NCBI GenBank assembly: GCA_043738665.1
Contig: JAYUFP010000536.1
Coordinates: forward strand, 1-37,513
Reading direction: 5' to 3'
Source of the DNA: Isosphaeraceae bacterium
GTDB taxonomy: Bacteria > Planctomycetota > Planctomycetia > Isosphaerales > Isosphaeraceae
DNA length: 37,513 nt
Under the pieces are notes generated by a model. It was not told where the DNA came from. It was given only the letters and a program-made list of their open reading frames with translations, and did no database searches. The position numbers were made by a program, and so were the translations under genes. Shown here piece after piece: positions 9,684 through 16,935 of this stretch (positions within the stretch are counted from its first letter, which is position 1; each line of letters begins with the position of its first letter).

Positions 9684-9807
9684 ACTCGTTCCCACGCTTC
9701 GCTCCGCGCGGGAATGCCGTCTTGGACGCTCTGCGTCCGCATTTTATAACATCAGACGACGCGGAGCGTCGGGTACGGCATCCCCACGTACAAGCGTGGG
9801 AACGAGT
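9684..9807. repeat. nested palindromic intergenic element
   Basis: Perfect 16-bp inverted repeat actcgttcccacgctt (9684-9699) / aagcgtgggaacgagt (9792-9807). An inner inverted repeat gacgctctgcgtc / gacgcggagcgtc has 1 mismatch. Confidence 0.75.
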
Positions 9808-10078
9808 TACGGCCACATCCGGCGCGGCCCCTGACCCTCTCCCCGCAGAGCCGGGGCGAGGGCGACCGTTTTCGGATCTCTCCCCGCGCATTCCTTGACC
9901 GAAGTCCATGTCCGCATGGTCTCCGGGTTCCGCGGACCCGGTGATTCACGAATTGGACCACGATACGTCTGGATAGTTCTTCCGGGTTCTGGCAGAATGC
10001 CGCCGCCAAACCGCCCACCATTGAGGAGCAGCCGGTTTGAGTTGAGACCCACCCCTCAGGAAAAAAAGGAGTCGGGGA

Positions 10079-11197
10079 ATGAGCGGGGTACGAGTGCTCG
10101 TCGGCACGCGCAAGGGCGCGTTCATCCTGACGTCGGACGCCAAGCGCGACCGCTGGGAGATCACCGGCCCCCATTTCGCGGGCTGGGAGATGTATCACGT
10201 CAAAGGGTCCCCGGCCGACCCGGACCGCCTCTACGCCTCGCAGACCAGCGGCTGGTTCGGGCAGATGATGCAGCGCTCCAACGACGGCGGCAAGACCTGG
10301 GAGCCCGTCGGCAACAAGTTCGTCTACGACGGCGCCACCGGAACCCACCTCTGGTACGACGGCACGCAACACCCCTGGGAATTCAAGCGCGTCTGGTACC
10401 TCGAACCGTCGAAGACCGACCCCGACGTCGTGTATGCGGGGGCCGAAGACGCCGCGATCTTCAAGACGACCGACGGCGGCAAGAACTGGGAGGAACTCCC
10501 CGGCTTGCGCCGTCACGAGTCCGGCAAATTCTGGCAACCGGGCGCAGGCGGCATGGGCCTGCACAAGATCGTCGAAGACCCTAATAACCCCGACCGGATC
10601 TACATCGCGATCTCCGCCGCGGGCGTGTTCCGGACTGACGACGGCGGAAAAACGTGGAAGCCGATCAATCAAGGGCTCAAATCCCCGCACGAACTCCCCG
10701 ACCCCAACGCGACGGTCGGCCACTGCGTCCACTGCATCACGATGCACCCGTCGCGACCCGACACCCTGTTCATGCAGAAGCACTGGGACGTGATGCGGAG
10801 CGACGACGCCGGGGAATCGTGGCACGAAGTGAGTGGAAACCTGCCGACCGACTTCGGGTTCCCGATCGAGGTCCACGCCCACGAGCCCGAGACGATTTAC
10901 GTCGTCCCGATCAAGAGCGACTCCGAGCACTTCCCGATCGACGGCAAGCTCCAGGTCTACCGGAGCAAGACGGGCGGAAACGAGTGGGAATCGCTCACCG
11001 ACGGACTGCCCCAGGGCGACTGCTACGTGAACGTGCTGCGAAGCGCACTGGCCATCGACGCCCTCGACGATTGCGGGGTCTATTTCGGTACGACCGGAGG
11101 GCAGGTCTACGCGTCGTCGAACGGCGGCGACACCTGGAAGCCGATCGTCCGCGACCTCCCCTCGGTCTATTCCGTCGAGGTGCAGACCCTGCCATGA
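10079..11197 (+). CDS. BNR/Asp-box repeat beta-propeller protein (sialidase-fold-like, 372 aa)
   Basis: Six Asp-box-like motifs: [47 protein letters not shown]. Confidence 0.88.
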   Translation: MSGVRVLVGTRKGAFILTSDAKRDRWEITGPHFAGWEMYHVKGSPADPDRLYASQTSGWFGQMMQRSNDGGKTWEPVGNKFVYDGATGTHLWYDGTQHPWEFKRVWYLEPSKTDPDVVYAGAEDAAIFKTTDGGKNWEELPGLRRHESGKFWQPGAGGMGLHKIVEDPNNPDRIYIAISAAGVFRTDDGGKTWKPINQGLKSPHELPDPNATVGHCVHCITMHPSRPDTLFMQKHWDVMRSDDAGESWHEVSGNLPTDFGFPIEVHAHEPETIYVVPIKSDSEHFPIDGKLQVYRSKTGGNEWESLTDGLPQGDCYVNVLRSALAIDALDDCGVYFGTTGGQVYASSNGGDTWKPIVRDLPSVYSVEVQTLP

Positions 11198-11490
11198 TCC
11201 GAGTCGTCCTTCCGTTCCACCTGCGGACCTTGGCGAAAGTCAGCGGAGAAGTCGAGCTCCGCGTGGAGGGTTCCCCCACGCAGCGCTCGGTCCTGGACGC
11301 CCTCGAAGCCCTCTACCCGGTCCTTCAAGGGACGATCCGCGACCACGTTACCTTGAAGAGGCGCGCCTTTTTAAGGTTCTTCGCCTGCGAGCAGGACCTA
11401 TCCTTAGAGCCCCCCGACGCCCCCCTTCCCGAAGAGGTGGCGTCCGGAAAAGAGCCGTTTCTTGTGGTCGGGGCGATCGCGGGGGGGTAG
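11194..11490 (+). CDS. MoaD/ThiS-like beta-grasp (ubiquitin-like) protein ending in Gly-Gly (98 aa)
   Basis: This is the tail of track ORF 10654..11490. Its ATG at 11194 overlaps the upstream stop (ATGA). [50 protein letters not shown]...[10 protein letters not shown]. Confidence 0.75.
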   Translation: MIRVVLPFHLRTLAKVSGEVELRVEGSPTQRSVLDALEALYPVLQGTIRDHVTLKRRAFLRFFACEQDLSLEPPDAPLPEEVASGKEPFLVVGAIAGG

Positions 11491-11500
11491 CCTGCGATAT

Positions 11501-11567
11501 CCACCCCTTTCAAGGTGTGCGAACGGCTCGACGGAGTGCCCCGGTTCGATCACCTTGAAAGGGGTGG
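11501..11567. repeat. hairpin repeat (family shared with 14151-14396)
   Basis: Perfect 17-bp inverted repeat ccacccctttcaaggtg / caccttgaaaggggtgg. The stretch cccctttcaaggtgtgcgaacggYtcgacggagtgcccc recurs at 14151-14189. Confidence 0.8.
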
Positions 11568-11797
11568 CATGGCCGACCCCACGAAACACGGCGAAGCCAT
11601 ACTTTCGCCGCACCAAACCGATCCAAGCTTCCGCCCTCCAAAGGGTCCCCTCCGCCCCGCCGAAATCCGCCCGATCTCAAGAACTCCCCCCTCCCCACAG
11701 AACCAAACGTCGACTTCGCCCGATGATCATGGTAGTGGCGGCGACTTCATGGTCGTCGCGAATCCATGAATGTCGAGTGCCGAAAGGGTGATCCGAC

Positions 11798-13339
11798 GTG
11801 GCGAAGGCGAAGAAGGCAGTGGAGCAGGAGAAGCGTTATGTGATCCTCCCGCCTCGCGGGTTGAAGACTTCGGAAGGGGTCGGGCAGCGGTCGCTCGCCG
11901 TGTCCCTGCGGAGCATGGAAATCGGCGTGAAATGGGGATCCGGCGGGCCGACGATCGCGGGCCTTTCGCCGGCCGTCAGCGCGCGAGTCACGGTCCTCGA
12001 CAGCATCCACGACAACGGCGCGAAGCTCGTGTCGATGTCCCGCGAGACGATGCTCGAACTCCGCGCCGCGGAGCCGGGGCTGCGGATCGTCCCCGAGGTC
12101 TTTTACAAGCCGATGGTCTACCGGCCCGCGGTCGCCACGAAGGTCAAGAAGGCCGCGAAGCCGAAAATTCCAGGGCTCGTCACGTCCGCCCCGCGGATCG
12201 TCCTGACTGTGCGGTCGATGGCCGACAAGTCCCCTTTGCAGGGCGTCCGGGTCGTCGCCTTCATCGACTTCGACCAAGGCGAAGGCCAGGAAGGGACCAC
12301 CGACGCCTCGGGCGCAGTCGCCCTCGACTTCGGCAAAGGCTCACAGAAGCTCGAACGCCTTTATGCGTTCCCCAACGAGGGGTTCTGGGGGGCCTTGCGA
12401 GAAAACCTCACGATCAAGACGGGGGCCGCCATCGAGCTCGACCCGGTCGCGCTCGACGTGAACGACTGCGTCCGCGACGTCTACGGAAGGGCCGCCCTGA
12501 ACGTCGGCGAAGGCGTGACCGTCGGCGTCATCGACTGCGGGATCGACACGACCCACCCCGACCTGAAGGTCGTCGGCGGCACGAACACGGTGGTTGGTGA
12601 AGCCGACACCGATTTCGGCGACAACGGCGGCCACCACGGCACGCATGTCGGCGGGATCATCGCCGCGCGTGGGAAGATCCCCGGCGTCGCGCCCGGCGTC
12701 GCGCTGCGGAGCTACCGGGTGTTCGCGAAGCACGTCGACGGCGAGGAGGACCAGGCGTCGAACTTCGCGATCGCGAAGGCGATCGACCAGGCCGCGGCCG
12801 ACGGCTGCGACCTGATCAACATGAGCCTGGGAGGCGGCGACCCCGACGACGCCACGCGCTCGGCGATCGCCGACGCCCGAGCCGCCGGAACCCTGGTGAT
12901 CGCCGCGGCGGGCAACGATCACCGAGGCGCCGTGAGTTTCCCCGCGAGTGATGCCAGGACGGTGGCGGTCTCGGCAATGGGGCGCGTGGGAACCTTCCCC
13001 GAAGGCTCCGAACCGGCGGGAGACATGCTCGACCCGTTCGGCAAGGACGGGGCGAACTTCGTCGCGGCGTTCTCGAACGTCGGCCCTGAGATCGACGTCA
13101 CCGGGCCCGGCGTGGGGGTCGTTTCCACGGTCCCCGGGGGTTATACTCTCATGAGCGGAACGTCGATGGCGTGCCCGGCAATTACCGGCGCGGCGGCAAG
13201 GTTGCTCGCGGCGAGCCCGACGGTCCTGGCCATGCCCCGAAACGAAGCCCGATCCGACGCGATCGCGAAACTCCTGTTCCAGGCCGCGAAAACCCTGGGC
13301 TTCGGCGCGAATTTCGAGGGACATGGCCTCCCCGGATAG
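11798..13339 (+). CDS. S8 family (subtilisin-like) serine peptidase
   Basis: Catalytic triad contexts VGVIDCGIDTTHPDL (Asp), GHHGTHVGGIIAA (His) and MSGTSMACPAITGAAA (Ser). GTG start. Confidence 0.92.
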   Translation: MAKAKKAVEQEKRYVILPPRGLKTSEGVGQRSLAVSLRSMEIGVKWGSGGPTIAGLSPAVSARVTVLDSIHDNGAKLVSMSRETMLELRAAEPGLRIVPEVFYKPMVYRPAVATKVKKAAKPKIPGLVTSAPRIVLTVRSMADKSPLQGVRVVAFIDFDQGEGQEGTTDASGAVALDFGKGSQKLERLYAFPNEGFWGALRENLTIKTGAAIELDPVALDVNDCVRDVYGRAALNVGEGVTVGVIDCGIDTTHPDLKVVGGTNTVVGEADTDFGDNGGHHGTHVGGIIAARGKIPGVAPGVALRSYRVFAKHVDGEEDQASNFAIAKAIDQAAADGCDLINMSLGGGDPDDATRSAIADARAAGTLVIAAAGNDHRGAVSFPASDARTVAVSAMGRVGTFPEGSEPAGDMLDPFGKDGANFVAAFSNVGPEIDVTGPGVGVVSTVPGGYTLMSGTSMACPAITGAAARLLAASPTVLAMPRNEARSDAIAKLLFQAAKTLGFGANFEGHGLPG

Positions 13340-13350
13340 GAGGAGCCGAC

Positions 13351-13605
13351 GTGTCCCGATTCATCCTCCGCTACACGGGCCAAGGGCCGAAGCCCGCGGA
13401 AGACGTCAAGAAACTCTTGACCGAAGGCCAAGCCCGTCTGGTCGACGACTCCACGAGGATGGTCCTGGTGGAAGGCGCTGAGCACACGCTCCAGGCCGCC
13501 GTCGACAAGCTCGGCGATTGGGATCTCTGCCTCGAACGCAAGACCTGCGACCTCCCCGACCCCCACCCCGGAGCGGGGAAAGCGGAGAAGCGACCCAAAC
13601 GCTAA
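13351..13605 (+). CDS. small hypothetical protein (84 aa) coupled to the S8 peptidase
   Basis: GTG at 13351 has AGGAGG 6 nt upstream, 12 nt after the peptidase stop. VSRFILRYTGQGPKPAEDVKKLLTEGQARLVDDSTRMVLVEG... Confidence 0.55.
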   Translation: MSRFILRYTGQGPKPAEDVKKLLTEGQARLVDDSTRMVLVEGAEHTLQAAVDKLGDWDLCLERKTCDLPDPHPGAGKAEKRPKR

Positions 13606-13626
13606 AACCACCGAAGGAGATTGCCG

Positions 13627-14124
13627 ATGAGTTCGCGACTCCGCCTCGTCCCCGTGGTCCTCGTCGCCCTGGCGGCCGGCTGTGACGACTCCGGCGAACC
13701 CTCCGGGCCGAAGCGCGCCGCTCCCTCGCCCAAGTCAGCCCCCTCGCCCGCGCCTGTCAAGAAGCCGCAAGATAACTTCATCGTCGGCCGGAAGACCACC
13801 GACATCCGCAACGCGGCGGTCGAGGAGAAGAAAGGGGCCGTGGCCACCCCCCCTCGGATCACCGCGAAGGACCCGATCACTCTGCAAGGCAATGCTTACG
13901 TCACGATCATCGGCAAGACGTCCATCTTGAACATCCAGCACGCGATGGACCTCTACAAGGCGACCAACGACAAGCTCCCGGCCAACTTCGAGGAGTTCAA
14001 GAAAGAGATCATGGAGGCGAACAACATCGCCCTGCCGAAGCTGCCGTATTACCAGGAATACGGCTACGACGAGAAGGAACACAAGCTCGTGATCCTCGAA
14101 TACCCGGACCGCAAGCAACAATAA
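13627..14124 (+). CDS. lipoprotein, function unknown
   Basis: ATG has AAGGAG 8 nt upstream. Signal plus lipobox MSSRLRLVPVVLVALAAG|C, then a Pro/Ala/Ser linker. Confidence 0.8.
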   Translation: MSSRLRLVPVVLVALAAGCDDSGEPSGPKRAAPSPKSAPSPAPVKKPQDNFIVGRKTTDIRNAAVEEKKGAVATPPRITAKDPITLQGNAYVTIIGKTSILNIQHAMDLYKATNDKLPANFEEFKKEIMEANNIALPKLPYYQEYGYDEKEHKLVILEYPDRKQQ

Positions 14125-14136
14125 GCGCGGATCCCG

Positions 14137-14473
14137 GTAGGGTGGGTCAGCCCCTTTCAAGGTGTGCGAACGGTTCGACGGAGTGCCCCTTTTTCAGCCC
14201 CGAAGGGGCGGCGGAAATGCGGCCCGGCGGGTGACTCCGCCGCCCCTCCCGGGCTCGTCGGGATGATGACGTGACGGCCTGTTCCAGGGGCTTTCGCCCC
14301 TGGCTATTGACGGTCGCCCCTCCGGGGCTAGGGAAAACAAAGACTGCATCGTAATGTGAGGGAACGTCGAAGGTGAGTCGCACACCTTGAAAGGGGTGAG
14401 CGGGTCAGCGCGGCGCGACCCGCCACGCAGGCCGGTGCCATCCGGTGGGTTGCGCTCCGCTGACCCACCCTAC
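14137..14473. repeat. MITE-like nested palindromic element (about 337 nt)
   Basis: Outer 15-bp inverted repeat gtagggtgggtcagc (14137-14151) / gctgacccaccctac (14459-14473). Inner 19-bp inverted repeat cccctttcaaggtgtgcga (14151-14169) / tcgcacaccttgaaagggg (14378-14396). Several small GC hairpins lie inside. Confidence 0.8.
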
Positions 14474-14534
14474 AAGGATCGGAACGCGTGCAAGAGACGG
14501 TCCGCACAACCCTGCAAGGCCAGGCGGATTCTCC

Positions 14535-15092
14535 TCACGACGTCGCGGCCCTGTGCCCGGCGGCGAGGAAGAACCCGAGCGGGCAAGGGGTGTGGAAGTC
14601 GAGCCTGACCCGGAAATCGGCCGAGCCGAGGCGCGGACTACTGTCCAGAACGCGGGCCTGGACGTACTCCAGCGGGTGAGGCGCCCCGAGGCAGAGCCAG
14701 ACCGGCTGGGCCGTCGGCGGGCGTTCACTCACGCCGACCAGGGCCCCGCCTTTGCTCAAATTCACGAGGTCGATCGGCGTCACGATGAACCGCGAGCCGT
14801 GCCACCAGCCGATCCATGCCTTCGTCTCGGCGGGGACGTACCGTGGGTTTTCCCGGCGCTCGCGACCGCCCTCGGAACCCTGGTCGGCCCGGTAAATGTG
14901 AACATGAGGGGTGAGCTGCCGCTGCGCGGCGTCCCACGCGCGAAAGAGCATGAGGATGTCTCCTGAGTCCGCCAGGCGCGAAAGTTCCTCGCCGGGGGGC
15001 GCGTCGAACCGGATCTTCCAGCCCCTCAGCGGGAAATTCCTCTCCCCCGGCCCTTGCCCTGACTCCCATTCGTTCTCACCCATATCCGTCAC
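14535..15092 (-). CDS. PilZ-domain protein (putative c-di-GMP receptor)
   Basis: RxxxR (RENPR) is followed about 30 aa later by NxSxxG (NLSKGG), then beta-barrel-like VWLCL...VQARVL...FRVRLDF. The start is either the GTG at 15092 or the ATG at 15083. Confidence 0.7.
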   Translation of the reverse strand: MTDMGENEWESGQGPGERNFPLRGWKIRFDAPPGEELSRLADSGDILMLFRAWDAAQRQLTPHVHIYRADQGSEGGRERRENPRYVPAETKAWIGWWHGSRFIVTPIDLVNLSKGGALVGVSERPPTAQPVWLCLGAPHPLEYVQARVLDSSPRLGSADFRVRLDFHTPCPLGFFLAAGHRAATS

Positions 15093-15421
15093 TCGCCTCC
15101 GTTCCCGCTCGCAAGACCCTCGGCGCGACGCCGGACGACCCTATTCCGAGCTTAGGCCTCTTTGCTCACTCCCCCCCGCCGAGGGTTGCCGAAAATCACC
15201 CTCGAAAAAAGGCTCGCGACGCGACGCCGACCCCTCCCACGCCCCATCGGCACGCACATATTCCGCCATTTTTTCGCGACCACAGAACACTTAGCCCCCG
15301 AGTTCCGATGGTAAGTCAAGGAAGGACATCAAGATCGGCGCTGTGAATTCGCCCGGGAGACGGATCAGCCCCGGGACGAATCCTTACGGGGAGCACGTCC
15401 AGAGGGGTTGCCGCCCGCCAG

Positions 15422-15578
15422 GGCTGTTTCATTTTCGATGAACCGAGATGTCCGATGCCCAATGGTCAATGACCAATGGAGGACTGAGGGATCTGGGGAT
15501 GATCGCGGTCGGATTTCTTGGTCATTGACCATCGGGCATCGGGCATCTTGAGAACTCCAACTCGAAAATGAAACAGCC
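15422..15578. repeat. large palindromic repeat, family 'gatgcccgatgg-tcattgaccaa' (copy 1)
   Basis: Arms ggctgtttcattttcga (15422-15438) / tcgaaaatgaaacagcc (15562-15578). The inner arm ttggtcattgaccatcgggcatcgggcatct is identical to 19404-19434. Confidence 0.85.
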
Positions 15579-15620
15579 CTCCCGCCCGCGAAGATCTCGG
15601 AAATTTCCCTTCTTAAGGCC

Positions 15621-15726
15621 AATACCGTTCAATGAGTCGTAAGCCATGAAATGACAATGAATTGTAGCCCCGAAGGGTCTGCAAGGATAAGGCTGAGTAG
15701 CGGCTTACGACTCATCGAACGGTATT
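15621..15726. repeat. 25-bp stem (1 mismatch) enclosing a 56-nt loop; ncRNA or MITE candidate
   Basis: aataccgttcaatgagtcgtaagcc (15621-15645) pairs with ggcttacgactcatcgaacggtatt (15702-15726). Confidence 0.6.
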
Positions 15727-15851
15727 GTTCTTAAAGCGGTCCAGACAAAAAGGCGGGGTACGACGGCGACCTTTCGGCCGCGTCGTGCGTGATACGCTTT
15801 AACTTGACGCGTTGCGTACCGTTACGATCAATCCATGGGGAGAGGAAGAGG

Positions 15852-16301
15852 ATGGAGAACGTATGGGAGGCGACCGGTCGACTCTTGAACGGGCCGATCG
15901 GCCAAAGCTGGGACGACTGGTTGGGGAGTATCTTGGGGCCGATCGCGGTCTTGATCTTCATCACCAACGTGTCGTCGATGCGGTTGATGCTCAGTCTGGG
16001 AAGGCGCGGACCGGAGAGGACGCCGGTCCCTCGGCTGTCGAGCCTCTTCCTGGGCCCCCTGATTCTGTACGGGATCTCACATGTGGTGCGAGTTTACGCG
16101 GACCAACGGCCGGAATTCCGGGCGTTCGCCCTGGCGCTCGAGACCGTGACCGCGGTTTCATGGCTGCTCGCCGTGGGTCGACTCTCGGAGATCTTCACCC
16201 GGATCGCGAAGCCCCGGTCCAACGCCGGCCGCGCAGCGTCCCGCGAATTCGCCACGGCGGCGACGTCCGGGTCGTTCCCCCCGCCCACAAGCGTGCTATG
16301 A
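15852..16301 (+). CDS. small integral membrane protein (149 aa)
   Basis: ATG has GGAGAGGAAGAGG directly upstream. Hydrophobic segments ILGPIAVLIFITNV, LFLGPLILYGISHVV and ALALETVTAVSWLLAVG. Confidence 0.6.
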   Translation: MENVWEATGRLLNGPIGQSWDDWLGSILGPIAVLIFITNVSSMRLMLSLGRRGPERTPVPRLSSLFLGPLILYGISHVVRVYADQRPEFRAFALALETVTAVSWLLAVGRLSEIFTRIAKPRSNAGRAASREFATAATSGSFPPPTSVL

Positions 16302-16435
16302 CCGAAACGCCTGAAAACTGAAATGGAACAAGACAACTTCGTGAAGGGTCATCCGCCATTCCCAAGCCTTCTCTTGACCCGCCGCGAGATCCCTGAACCC
16401 ATTAACAAATTTAATAACGTCGTGGAGACGATTCC

Positions 16436-16780
16436 GTGCAAGATCTGATCAGGCTGCTCCCCGACGGGGCGAGTGCCGTCGCCGTCATCATCGTGGTGAT
16501 GCTTTTCCTGAAACAGCAAGACCGCATCAACCTGATGCTCGAAACCATCACCCGGAATTTCAACGAACAAGTCTACGACAGCCAGAAAGCGTTTCAGGAT
16601 CAAATCATCCGACTCACCCGGCAGCAGCACGACAACCAGAAACTCTACCAGGACCAGATCCAGTCGCTGATCGACGCCCACATCAAGGTCTCGCGCGAAA
16701 CCATCCTCGCGCTCAAATTCCTGGAGGTCTCCATGAAGGAGGCGACCGAGCATCACGTCTTGAAAAGCGCGACGGGCTGA
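16436..16780 (+). CDS. single-pass membrane / coiled-coil hypothetical protein (114 aa)
   Basis: GTG start. TM segment ASAVAVIIVVMLFL followed by a Q-rich helical region. Non-shadow composition. Confidence 0.55.
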   Translation: MQDLIRLLPDGASAVAVIIVVMLFLKQQDRINLMLETITRNFNEQVYDSQKAFQDQIIRLTRQQHDNQKLYQDQIQSLIDAHIKVSRETILALKFLEVSMKEATEHHVLKSATG

Positions 16781-16808
16781 GCCCCCGTCTTCCAAGCGGA
16801 CGAATCCT

Positions 16809-16869
16809 CGTAGGGTGGGGACCGCCCACCACGCCTTGCCGCATGGTCGGCGGCGGTGCCCACCCTACG
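16809..16869. repeat. REP-like hairpin (ggtgggNaccgcccaccacg family)
   Basis: cgtagggtggg (16809-16819) / cccaccctacg (16859-16869). The core ggtggggaccgcccaccacgcc recurs after gyrB at 25750-25771. Confidence 0.75.
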
Positions 16870-16935
16870 AAATCACTGGCTCGCAGCCCCCAAAGGGCGG
16901 ACGGTCAGTAGCCCAGAAGTTCCCAATGGCAGACC

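Noticed and set aside
8669-10930. Long minus-strand ORFs 8669..9742 (357 aa) and 9752..10930 (392 aa)
   Set aside because: They are antisense to the well-supported ECF sigma and BNR-propeller genes. Their translations are Arg/Gly/Pro/Asp-rich with no motifs, which is typical of shadow ORFs in high-GC DNA.
10654-11193. The N-terminal 180 codons of track ORF 10654..11490
   Set aside because: This part overlaps the BNR gene in another frame and is Arg/Pro-rich. Only the last 98 codons, from the ATG at 11194 (ATGA overlap, MoaD-like sequence), look real.
12341-13324. Minus-strand ORF of 327 aa and the plus-strand ORF 11770..12600
   Set aside because: Both overlap the S8 peptidase, which has a clear D/H/S catalytic triad. 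Both translations are Arg-rich low-complexity sequence.
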